Positions 1-8,402 of a stretch of DNA of 64,000 bases are shown here, piece after piece. The DNA comes from Candidatus Dojkabacteria bacterium (GTDB taxonomy: Bacteria > Patescibacteriota > Dojkabacteria > B142 > OLB20): NCBI GenBank assembly GCA_035444565.1, contig DAOMOX010000002.1, forward strand, positions 8,013 to 72,012, given 5' to 3'. The notes below the pieces were generated by a model, which did not search any database, had not been told where the DNA came from, and was given only the letters and a program-made list of their open reading frames with translations. Each line of letters begins with the position of its first letter. Positions within the stretch are counted from its first letter, which is position 1. The position numbers were made by a program, and so were the translations under genes.

Positions 1-744
1 GGTGATATGGGGAATGTTTTAACTTTAAAGAGGAGGTGTGAATGGAGAGGTATAAGGCTCGAAATTTCAAAGGTTACATTAGAGAGTAATGATTTTATAA
101 AAGGAGATATTTACTTTATGGGTGGAGGACAAGATAACGATATGTATAAGGTCTTTGAGGATCTTAAGGATTCAAAAAACACTTTCCTAAAAGAGGAACT
201 AGAAAATAAAAAACAGTTCTTACTAATATGTGGTGGTTTTCAATTGTTTGGAAATCACTTTATCGATTTCCAGGGAAGAAATATAAATGGTTTGGGATTC
301 CTACACTTGGAGACAAAAGCACCCAGCGACAATCTTCATGATCGTTGTCTCGGAAACTTAGTGACAGAAATTGATTCTAAACACTTCAATGAGATTCAAA
401 AATATTATGGGAGTAAAGCTTCAAAATATTTGGTGGGTTTTGAGAATCATGGGGGGCAGACGTATTTCATAGATAATTCATTAACTCCACTTGGGAAAGT
501 ATTAGTTGGATCTGGCAATAATTCAAAGGAAAAAATCGAAGGTGTTCTTCATGAAAGTATAATCGGCTCATATATGCACGGTTCTTTGCTACCTAAGAAT
601 CCTCATTTAGCTGACCTAATTATTGGACGTGCCCTAACTCAGAAATATGGAGAAGAGTTCAAACTAGAACCACTAGAAGACAAGATTGAGTGGGATGCTC
701 ACAAAGCAATACTAAGAAAAATGGGAATATTAAATACTGATTAA
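1..744 (+). CDS. gatD: Lipid II isoglutaminyl synthase glutaminase subunit GatD (CobB/CobQ-like type-1 glutamine amidotransferase); 5-prime partial, frame continues off the window edge
   Basis: Near-collinear with S. aureus GatD across the glutaminase core: CGGFQ nucleophile-Cys motif, GFENHGG, HGSLLPKN. MurT would be expected just upstream, outside the window. The first ATG at nt 7 is in frame with nt 1. Confidence 0.85.
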   Translation, partial: GDMGNVLTLKRRCEWRGIRLEISKVTLESNDFIKGDIYFMGGGQDNDMYKVFEDLKDSKNTFLKEELENKKQFLLICGGFQLFGNHFIDFQGRNINGLGFLHLETKAPSDNLHDRCLGNLVTEIDSKHFNEIQKYYGSKASKYLVGFENHGGQTYFIDNSLTPLGKVLVGSGNNSKEKIEGVLHESIIGSYMHGSLLPKNPHLADLIIGRALTQKYGEEFKLEPLEDKIEWDAHKAILRKMGILNTD

Positions 745-1535
745 TCCATACCGAGAAATATTTTCTGAATTTTTTCAGGAAATTCAGCAACATCTTCGGG
801 GAAATATTTTGTCATATCTTTAATGATTTCTTCTGGTGAGGTAATGAAATTACTTTTTATCAATTTTTCTTTATACTCGTCCTTACCGATAAGTGCAAAA
901 TCTTTTACTTCTTCATTAACTCTCGATGAGATTTCATCAAGATCAAAAGATGTTTTGAAATGTGGAATTAGACGAAGTTCATCTATCACCATTTTTACCT
1001 CAGATTCAATGCTAACGTGTGTATTATCAAGGACAAAATTAAACTTACGATTGATTAATTCTTCGTCAAAAATATCAATATCATGTAATTCTCTGAAGAA
1101 CTTCTGGTTAATTTCGTCCCTATGTTTAAGGACTTCCATAGCTCCTTCACGCTCATCCTTAACTACTTTTTTAACTCTTTCTTCAAAATCACTTTTTAGA
1201 AAAATCGAGAATATTTTTGGATGTTTGCCAATTAAAAATGTTCCAATATCTGAATCAACAATAATTCTCTCCCCTTCTATTAATTTATAATCCCTATATC
1301 TATCCGCAGTTGGGCCAATAATAGGCTCAATCAAATCGTCTGATTTTGGTCTATTGAAGCCTTCTTCACTATAACCCAACTTTTTACCTACATAGCGAAA
1401 AACACTGCCCAAATACAAATTTTGATAATTGAAAAGTTTCGTGAGAATTAAAGCTAAAGATGTCGCACCACTTCCGCTCCAACCACTTATGGAGAAATTA
1501 ACAGTATTAATATCTGCGTTATATTCTGATGACAT
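741..1535 (-). CDS. Cytidylate-kinase-like P-loop NTPase (archaeal-type CMP kinase fold) with degenerate Walker A and a roughly 90-aa C-terminal extension
   Basis: N-terminus FSISGWSGSGATSLALILTKLFNYQNLYLGSVFRYVGKKLGY resembles archaeal Cmk (ITISGxPGSGKTT...LGY...G.IFR). The Walker A lysine is replaced (GSGATS), so catalytic competence is doubtful. Confidence 0.4.
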   Translation of the reverse strand: MSSEYNADINTVNFSISGWSGSGATSLALILTKLFNYQNLYLGSVFRYVGKKLGYSEEGFNRPKSDDLIEPIIGPTADRYRDYKLIEGERIIVDSDIGTFLIGKHPKIFSIFLKSDFEERVKKVVKDEREGAMEVLKHRDEINQKFFRELHDIDIFDEELINRKFNFVLDNTHVSIESEVKMVIDELRLIPHFKTSFDLDEISSRVNEEVKDFALIGKDEYKEKLIKSNFITSPEEIIKDMTKYFPEDVAEFPEKIQKIFLGMD

Positions 1536-1537
1536 AT

Positions 1538-2272
1538 CTAATTAATTAATGTTGATGATTTTAACCTTTTTTCTATAGTCTTTTCAATCCAATATCGATT
1601 TATGAAGGTAATTAGGCTCTGAGTCTCATCGTCTATATTTAGTTTTAAACTGTCAGACAATTTATTCTCAAGATAGAATTTTTGGATTTTTAAAACTCTG
1701 TCACTCACAATCTTCGCTTTTGTGTCCGACTTTGTAAGATTATATCCCAACTCATTTCCGAAAGATAGAACTCGTGTTTCATTTTCTAAGATTGATTCTC
1801 CGGATTTTATATAATTCTCGACATTCGGTGTAAAACCAGCTAAATCAAGCAGTTTCAATTCAAAGGAGCTTAACAATTGAAGGAATTTTGCTGAATTTAT
1901 AGTTGTCAATTCAAGTAAATCATAAAGTAGATTATATGCTTTAATCTCATCATCGTTTGTGGAATTTAATTTCTCTATGATTTCTAGGATGTAGAGTAAA
2001 TGATTAATTATTTTTTTGTCCTGTTTCAAATCCTGATAATCATTTAAAACTTGTACTTCCCTTAGTAAATCTATACTTTTTGTTTCATAATAAGTAAATC
2101 TTGAGTGATTGAGGAGATCGATTGAACTGCCACGCTTAGAGCTTGATTTCCCTACCCCTTTTGCAATTGTTTCAACATTTCCGTGCTTTCTTGTTAAGAA
2201 AACTACCAATTTATCGGCTTCTTGGAATTGCTTAATTTTGATTATAAATCCGTATTCGGACTTTGTTTTCAT
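1538..2272 (-). CDS. recO: DNA repair protein RecO
   Basis: N-terminal OB-fold region GFIIKIKQFQEADKLVVFLTRKHGNVETIAKGVGKSSSKR matches the RecO N-terminal pattern (G.VL..R...E.D.I..L.T...G......ARG..K..S). Length is about 244 aa. The C-terminal zinc-finger cysteines are absent. Confidence 0.6.
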   Translation of the reverse strand: MKTKSEYGFIIKIKQFQEADKLVVFLTRKHGNVETIAKGVGKSSSKRGSSIDLLNHSRFTYYETKSIDLLREVQVLNDYQDLKQDKKIINHLLYILEIIEKLNSTNDDEIKAYNLLYDLLELTTINSAKFLQLLSSFELKLLDLAGFTPNVENYIKSGESILENETRVLSFGNELGYNLTKSDTKAKIVSDRVLKIQKFYLENKLSDSLKLNIDDETQSLITFINRYWIEKTIEKRLKSSTLIN

Positions 2273-2742
2273 AGTCCTAATTTTTCAATGATGTTACTCG
2301 AGGAGAAATTATCAATTTTTTCAATAACTATTAATTCTCCACCTGCTCTTTCAATTATAGACTTTTTGTTTTCAATTCCAGAATCTCCTTTAACCACCGC
2401 AAGGTATTTAGGCTTCATTTGTAGTACGAAGTCTCTCAATTCTTCCCAAGATGATTTCCATTTATATACATAATCAATTGTTCTTACATAAGACAATGCT
2501 TCTGCCCGCTCGTCTTGAGAAAATATTGGTCTATTTAATCCTTTTCTTCTTTTTATTTCCTCATCACTTAAAATAACTGTTAATATCTTTACTGAAGGTT
2601 TTAATATTGATTTAGTTTTTGAGAAAAATCTTAAATGGCCAAGATGCAGAACATCAAAGCTGCCCGTAATTAGGGCAACTTCGTGTTCTTTAAATAACTT
2701 CAATACATCTTTTTCGTTAATTATTTTTGACATTAACCACAT
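2269..2742 (-). CDS. HxGH-motif cytidylyltransferase-like nucleotidyltransferase (RfaE/HldE domain II-like, ADP-heptose synthase-type adenylyltransferase)
   Basis: GSFDVLHLGHLRF (HxGH motif), SDEEIKRRKGLNRPIFSQDERAEALSYVRTIDYV and KGDS align to the HldE C-terminal domain / TagD-like cytidylyltransferase fold. The start overlaps the stop of the upstream tandem-NrdJ gene. Confidence 0.55.
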   Translation of the reverse strand: MWLMSKIINEKDVLKLFKEHEVALITGSFDVLHLGHLRFFSKTKSILKPSVKILTVILSDEEIKRRKGLNRPIFSQDERAEALSYVRTIDYVYKWKSSWEELRDFVLQMKPKYLAVVKGDSGIENKKSIIERAGGELIVIEKIDNFSSSNIIEKLGL

Positions 2743-5700
2743 TTAGAATAACCACAGGATCTACATAGTATACATCCTTCTGCATATTCTAAATCAGAAC
2801 CGCACTCAGGGCAATCCAACATGTCTCCAAAATGATTATCTTTCGAGTAACCGTGGCTAGAATCCTCTTCGACGATAATTGTTTGAGTTGTGACTGTAGT
2901 TTCCGCTACATATTCAATATCAGCAGGATTTTGCTCTTCTGCACTTAATGTAGGCTCAATTGGAGCATTTGACATACCATCATCAATTAATTCTTCGTTC
3001 ACTTCAGGTACTTCTTGCTCAGGGAACATCTTTATTTGTTCACGTTGTTCTTCGATGTGTTTTTTCAAGATTTTCGCGACTGCATCAGGTACTGAGTAAA
3101 TGAACATTCCACGATTCATTGTAGGAGTTGAAGTACGAATTCCTTGAAGTTGTTTTACAATCGATTCGGGTTTTATTCCAGATCGAAGAGCCATAGAAAT
3201 CATTCTACCTAATGCTTCCGTATAGCCTTGAGTGAAACTTCCGCTTTTACCGATATTTAGGAATACTTCAACAATGCCTTGGTCGTCTTCATTAATCGTA
3301 ATATAAAGATCTCCTTGCTCAGTTTTGACTTCGTAGGTTTTTCCTCTAGTTACAAGGTCTCTTTTTCTTGGCTCCAAGACATTGCGAGGCATTTGAATAG
3401 AAACTGTTTCATCGGTCTTTTCGATGGTTGTTTCTTTTTTGGAAGTTCCGACTTGTAAAGCAGGGTCTTTGCTTCCATCTCTAAAAATCGTAATGCCTTT
3501 GCATTCTAAATCGTAAGCAAGTTCGTATACTTTTGCAACATCTTGCCAAGTAGCACTATTTGGGAGATTAATTGTTTTCGAAACAGCACTATCAACAAAT
3601 TTCTGGAACACAGCTTGAATTTGGACATGAGATTCGGGTGCAATTTCATGAGTTGTGACAAATACATTTACAATGTTTGCAGGAATGTTGTATTTGTTTG
3701 CAATATCTTTCAGATGAACACCATTTGCAATCTCAGCCATAAGCTCAGGTGAATAGAAGTTGTATTTCTTGGCATAGGTGAGGAATTGCTTATCAATAAC
3801 TTCCTGGTCAACTCCACCCATTGAATTCTTCCTTCTGTAACCTAGGGAGAAAATTGGCTCGATTCCGGGATTGCAATCAGCAATTATTGAAATTGTACCT
3901 GTTGGAGCAATAGTAGTTGTACGGACATTTCGCATGTATTTCTTCTCCGTTTTCCAATTTGACTCATTGAATGCTGGGAAGTTGCCTTTTTCTTTTCCTA
4001 ATGCTTCGGAAGCGATGTGTGACTTTTCTTGTATGAATTTCATTATCTCCCCTGCTAACTTGATAGATTCATCACTACCATATGCTATCCCCAAATCTAT
4101 CAAAATATCAGCAAATCCCATAATTCCAACTCCTATATTACGAGTTTTACGAGTCATTTCTTCGATTTCTTTTATAGGATAATTATTCACATCGATAATA
4201 TTATCCAGGAACCTTACTGCGGTACTGGTTGTCTTCTCCAACTCTGACCAATTTATCATCTTCAATTTATCATTGAGGCTTAGATTGATTAAGTCGTCAT
4301 AGGAGATATTATCGGGGACATTTACAAATTTAGCAAGGTTGATATGTCCCATGTTGCATGTTTCAAATGGAATTAGGGGTTGTTCCCCACATGGATTTGT
4401 AGCATCCATTGTTCCAAGTGATGGTGTGTTGTTTTTTGCTTCTGCACGATCAAGAAAATACATTCCGGGATCACCACTTTGCCAAGCATGTTTGGCAATT
4501 CTTTCAAACATTTCACGTGCTTTTAGTACTTTGTATGTCTTATTGTCACTTGGATCAATTAAATTCCAATCCAAATCATCTTTTACGGCTTTCATAAAAT
4601 CATTACTCGCACCCACTGAGATGTTGTAATGTGTGATTGAGGTTAAATCATCCTTACATGATATGAAATCTTCAATATCTGGATGACTCGCATTCAGAAT
4701 TGCCATAGAACCTAGACCTCTGCCTCCTCTACCTTTTATGGTGTCCTGAGCACGATTAAACATACGAATATACTCCACAGGACCTGCTGCGTTTTCACCT
4801 GTTGTTTTTACCTTTGCATATGATGATCGTATCTTAGAGAAATTGAAACCCGTTCCGACTCCTCTCCTCAAACACTGAATATTCATATTTAATGTATGAA
4901 AAATCGAGTCTATTGAATCTTCTATAGGCAAAACCAGACACTTTGACATAATTGTTTCCTCACCCATACCAGCCCATAGAAGTGTTCCTCCACAGAAGAA
5001 TTTACCCTCATTCATCACATCGTAAAATTCTTTCGATACTTTCTTTCTCTTCGATGTAGTTTCACTACTTGCAACGAAATCAGCAATTCTCTGCCAGAGC
5101 TGTTCTGGAGTTTCTGTAACCTCTTCATTGTCATTCTTGTGTAGGGCTCTTTTTTCAAGAACCTGAAGTGCGTTCTCTGTCAATGAATGTAGTGTTTTAC
5201 TTTCTTTCGCCATACTTTCTTCTTGTTTGCTACTTGATAATACTTGGAAGTTCTTGGAACCGTCTCTATAGATGGTGATTCCCTTACAGCCTGATTCCCA
5301 TGCGAGAATGTATGCCTTTTTGACATCATCAATTGAAGCGTCATTTGCTAGATTAATTGTTTTGGATACCGCTGCATCTACTGATTCTTGTGCTGCAGCC
5401 TGCATCTTTACGTGCCACACTGGTTCAATATCATGTGTCGTTACAAATATTTTCTTTGCTACTTCAGGGACCTCAGGGAAACTATCTAAATGACCACCAT
5501 TATCGGCAATTTTCTTCATTAATTCTTCTGAATAAAAATCATGCTCTCTAGCATATGCCTCAAACTCTTCATTTACATAGAAGAGTGACTTTCGGTCTTC
5601 TTGACCTTCATCTTGATAGAAAGATTTTCTTTCGTATACGAGTGAAAAGATAGGTTCTATTCCACTTGATGTATTCGCAACAAGACTTAGAGTGCCTGTT

Positions 5701-7037
5701 GGAGCAATTGAACTCATCGTTGCATTTCTGACCTTTCTTCCCATTTCGTCCCATTTGCTCCCTTCAAATCCCGGGAAAACGCCTCTTTCGGTAGCTAATC
5801 TTTCTGATTCTTTTGTAGATGCTTCTTGAATATATCCGATAATTTTCTTAGTAAGATTAACTGCTTTGTTACTATTGTATGCGATTCCCATTTTGTAGAA
5901 CATGCTACCAAGACCCACAACTCCTAAGCCGAGTTTTCTAGTTTTTTCAACTTCATCGGCAATTTTCTTTAGGGGAAAATCACTAAGATCAATCATATTG
6001 TCGAGAAAGTGAGTCGCTGAATATACAGACTTCTCAAGTAAATCCCAATCTATATCAAAATTACCATCTTTTTCCACTAAATGCGTAGGAAGGACAATAG
6101 AACCTAAGTTACATGACTCATAGGACCTCAAAGGTTCTTCTCCGCAAGGGTTTGTTGCTTCTATAACGCCAAGTGGTTTTGTGGGGTTAGCGTTTTGAGT
6201 AGTATCTAAAAAGAATAAACCCGGGTCTGCACATTCCCATGCTTTTTCACAAATAAGGTCGAAGACCTCCCTTGCTCTTAAGGATTTAACTTTCTTTCCA
6301 TTTCTAGGGTTGATAAGATCGTATTCTTCATCTTCACGAACAGCATTCATAAATTCATCAGTGATTCCAACAGAAATATTGAAATTTCTAATCGTATCAT
6401 CTTGGCCTTTGAGATTAATAAAATTGATGATATCTGGATGATTTATATTAAGAATTGCCATATTTCCTCCACCTCTTTTCTTTCCTTGCAAGACTTGATC
6501 AAATGCTTGCGAAAAAGTTTTAATGAAATGAATCGGTCCTGCTGCAACATTTGGTGTACCTCCAACTTCATCACCCTTTGGTCTAATGTGTGAGAAATTG
6601 AAACCTGTTCCGCCATTGTTTTTCTGCACCAATGCAGCTTCTTTCATGGTATCGAAAATCGATTCTAAATTATCCTCAATCGGCAATACAAAACACGAGG
6701 AAAGCTGACCAGTACCATCAATATTATTTCCTGCTTCATATAAAACTCTTGAACCGGGTAAGAAGCGATTTTCAGACATAATCTGATAGAACTCCTTAGC
6801 TGTTCGTTCGACAACTCTTTGTTTCCTGGCGTCAGAACCCTTGACGTATTTTGAATCTTCAGAGGCCATTGCAGTTGCGACTCTCCAGAACATTTGTCGT
6901 GGGGTTTCGATCGCTTCTCCCTTAGAATCTTTTAGTAAATGACGTTTTTTCATCACCTCAAGAGAATTTGGAGCTATGTTTGGTTCGGGAAGCTCTTTTG
7001 GGGGATCCACGAGGCGTTGCTTATTGTTAGTCGACAT
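2733..7037 (-). CDS. nrdJ: Class II (adenosylcobalamin-type, NrdJ-like) ribonucleotide reductase with TWO complete tandem catalytic domains in one 1434-aa polypeptide, plus a C-terminal beta-hairpin/B12-type domain and a Cys4 zinc ribbon
   Basis: Domain 1 (aa about 20-600) has SSCFVLPIED, ATNPCGEEPL, YESCNLGSIVL, APTGT and ends KGITIYRDGSK. Domain 2 (aa about 615-1195) has the same landmarks: SKCLVLPIED, ATNPCGEQPL, FETCNMGHINL, APTGT, KGITIFRDGSK. The C-terminal extension has PRKRDLVTRGKTYEVKTEQGDLYITINEDDQGIVEVF...GKSG and the terminal CPECG....CILCRSCG. Confidence 0.85.
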   Translation of the reverse strand: MSTNNKQRLVDPPKELPEPNIAPNSLEVMKKRHLLKDSKGEAIETPRQMFWRVATAMASEDSKYVKGSDARKQRVVERTAKEFYQIMSENRFLPGSRVLYEAGNNIDGTGQLSSCFVLPIEDNLESIFDTMKEAALVQKNNGGTGFNFSHIRPKGDEVGGTPNVAAGPIHFIKTFSQAFDQVLQGKKRGGGNMAILNINHPDIINFINLKGQDDTIRNFNISVGITDEFMNAVREDEEYDLINPRNGKKVKSLRAREVFDLICEKAWECADPGLFFLDTTQNANPTKPLGVIEATNPCGEEPLRSYESCNLGSIVLPTHLVEKDGNFDIDWDLLEKSVYSATHFLDNMIDLSDFPLKKIADEVEKTRKLGLGVVGLGSMFYKMGIAYNSNKAVNLTKKIIGYIQEASTKESERLATERGVFPGFEGSKWDEMGRKVRNATMSSIAPTGTLSLVANTSSGIEPIFSLVYERKSFYQDEGQEDRKSLFYVNEEFEAYAREHDFYSEELMKKIADNGGHLDSFPEVPEVAKKIFVTTHDIEPVWHVKMQAAAQESVDAAVSKTINLANDASIDDVKKAYILAWESGCKGITIYRDGSKNFQVLSSSKQEESMAKESKTLHSLTENALQVLEKRALHKNDNEEVTETPEQLWQRIADFVASSETTSKRKKVSKEFYDVMNEGKFFCGGTLLWAGMGEETIMSKCLVLPIEDSIDSIFHTLNMNIQCLRRGVGTGFNFSKIRSSYAKVKTTGENAAGPVEYIRMFNRAQDTIKGRGGRGLGSMAILNASHPDIEDFISCKDDLTSITHYNISVGASNDFMKAVKDDLDWNLIDPSDNKTYKVLKAREMFERIAKHAWQSGDPGMYFLDRAEAKNNTPSLGTMDATNPCGEQPLIPFETCNMGHINLAKFVNVPDNISYDDLINLSLNDKLKMINWSELEKTTSTAVRFLDNIIDVNNYPIKEIEEMTRKTRNIGVGIMGFADILIDLGIAYGSDESIKLAGEIMKFIQEKSHIASEALGKEKGNFPAFNESNWKTEKKYMRNVRTTTIAPTGTISIIADCNPGIEPIFSLGYRRKNSMGGVDQEVIDKQFLTYAKKYNFYSPELMAEIANGVHLKDIANKYNIPANIVNVFVTTHEIAPESHVQIQAVFQKFVDSAVSKTINLPNSATWQDVAKVYELAYDLECKGITIFRDGSKDPALQVGTSKKETTIEKTDETVSIQMPRNVLEPRKRDLVTRGKTYEVKTEQGDLYITINEDDQGIVEVFLNIGKSGSFTQGYTEALGRMISMALRSGIKPESIVKQLQGIRTSTPTMNRGMFIYSVPDAVAKILKKHIEEQREQIKMFPEQEVPEVNEELIDDGMSNAPIEPTLSAEEQNPADIEYVAETTVTTQTIIVEEDSSHGYSKDNHFGDMLDCPECGSDLEYAEGCILCRSCGYSKCG

Positions 7038-7075
7038 GATAGTAAGTACGGTTACAATTAAATATAGCCGTGAGT

Positions 7076-7942
7076 TTATTTTTGCTCTTTGGTTAACTCA
7101 CGAATGAAAAAGGCAGATTTTTCAAATATTTTATATATTGAAGGTAATACTTCATCTTGTTTGATGTCTTGGAAATGTTTCCACGTGACATCTGGATTTG
7201 TCATTTTAGATTTTTCGGTATTTACTCTTGCAATGAAAAACTCAACCAGTCCTGCGAAGTCATCTCTTCCATGAAAAGATTGATCGGTGAAAGGAATCGC
7301 TCCATCCTCGATTTCAATCTCATAATCATTTTTTAAATTCTGTGCTAAATTCGCACTTAACATCTCCCATGTACTTCCGGGAAGATTTACAACATCTCCT
7401 ATCGGTAAAGTCCATAGACCGCCATCTTTCATGGAAGTATTATCTTTAACGAGCATAAATTCGTTTTTGTCATTCAGTACAATTCCTGCGACCGAGATAA
7501 AATGTAGTTTACTTTTAGTCTGTAGTGAATTATATGCAGACTCGTATATTTCATGTACTACCGGAAGTGTCTTTAATTCACGAATTTCTGAGATAGATTT
7601 CCATTCCACTTTTTCAACTTCTTCTGTTGAGGCTTTGATTTCTCCCGATTCGTATTTGGATAGAAATGCTATAGCTACCACCTTGTTCTTTTCATCATCT
7701 ACAAATTGATGAGAACTTAAGTAATTAGGATATTTAATTTTTGCTCCAGTTTCTTCTTCTACTTCTAGATGAAGGCTTTTTTCTAGTGCTTCGTATTTTT
7801 CTTTTTCATTAAAATGAAGCTCTCCAACATGATAGGAATACACACCAGGCATTATCTTTTCTTTTTTACTACGTGAAGCAATTAAAAACTTTTGTTCGTC
7901 GTTGTATACAACTCCAATAATTAATATTTTGTACTTATCCAT
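7076..7942 (-). CDS. Nudix-fold hydrolase-like protein (two-lobed), non-canonical Nudix box
   Basis: N-terminal half ILIIGVVYNDEQKFLIASRSK...PGVYSYHVGELHFNEKEKYEALEKSLHLEVEEETGAKI has the Nudix beta-grasp pattern and a LEVEEETG box, with the usual Arg substituted and the Gx5E spacing degenerate. It sits inside the RNR operon. Confidence 0.4.
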   Translation of the reverse strand: MDKYKILIIGVVYNDEQKFLIASRSKKEKIMPGVYSYHVGELHFNEKEKYEALEKSLHLEVEEETGAKIKYPNYLSSHQFVDDEKNKVVAIAFLSKYESGEIKASTEEVEKVEWKSISEIRELKTLPVVHEIYESAYNSLQTKSKLHFISVAGIVLNDKNEFMLVKDNTSMKDGGLWTLPIGDVVNLPGSTWEMLSANLAQNLKNDYEIEIEDGAIPFTDQSFHGRDDFAGLVEFFIARVNTEKSKMTNPDVTWKHFQDIKQDEVLPSIYKIFEKSAFFIRELTKEQK

Positions 7943-7949
7943 AGGATGA

Positions 7950-8402
7950 CTAATAACTTAACCAATTAAAATAATTTTTATCGTGTGCAAGTTCATCAAA
8001 GAGCTCAGCAGTTAGTGTCCTATTGAAAGATGAAATCAAGTAAGCTTCGATAAATTGTTGTGCATCTGAGTGAGATATTTCTTCAATTTGAGCGAATTTC
8101 AATGCTAACTTCTGGAAAGAAAGTTTTGGAGAATCCTCGTCAATTTGGATCTTCATTCTAAGAAATAATTTACTTTGACCAGTTGATTGAATTTCAACTG
8201 CTTTAAGGATGTTCTCTGGCTTTAAGGTAGACATTCCGATAATTACGAATTGCCAGCCCTCACTATCTGTCCAAACCTTAGTAATTTCTGTATGTTCTAC
8301 ATTAGATGTGTCGATTGTAACTCCTTGTTCCAAATCGAACTTAATTTTGTCTAATAGTTTATCTGGACTAATTTTTAATGAGTCAAATGTGATTTTTTCC
8401 AT
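7950..8402 (-). CDS. Hypothetical 150-aa protein translationally coupled to the stand-alone NrdJ (overlapping stop/start)
   Basis: Intact ORF whose start overlaps the nrdJ-3 stop at 8402. No recognisable motifs. It lies where the fused RNR carries its C-terminal extension. Confidence 0.35.
   Translation of the reverse strand: MEKITFDSLKISPDKLLDKIKFDLEQGVTIDTSNVEHTEITKVWTDSEGWQFVIIGMSTLKPENILKAVEIQSTGQSKLFLRMKIQIDEDSPKLSFQKLALKFAQIEEISHSDAQQFIEAYLISSFNRTLTAELFDELAHDKNYFNWLSY

Noticed and set aside
823-1290. 155-aa plus-strand ORF inside the cytidylate-kinase-like gene (and the similar 45004-45300 and 31426-31659 antisense ORFs)
   Set aside because: They are antisense to better-supported genes and low-complexity. 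Those overlaps are the only evidence for them.
2733-7037. Possible intein in the oversized RNR gene
   Set aside because: The extra 800 aa are a complete second RNR catalytic domain with its own active-site Cys triad. There are no Hint (Cys/Ser…His-Asn-Cys) blocks and no homing-endonuclease motifs.
7950-8402. Calling the 150-aa ORF a detached NrdJ C-terminal domain
   Set aside because: Only weak, short similarity (T.EV.T..G…I) to the fused enzyme's C-terminal beta-hairpin region. It is kept as a hypothesis in the findings, not as a feature call.
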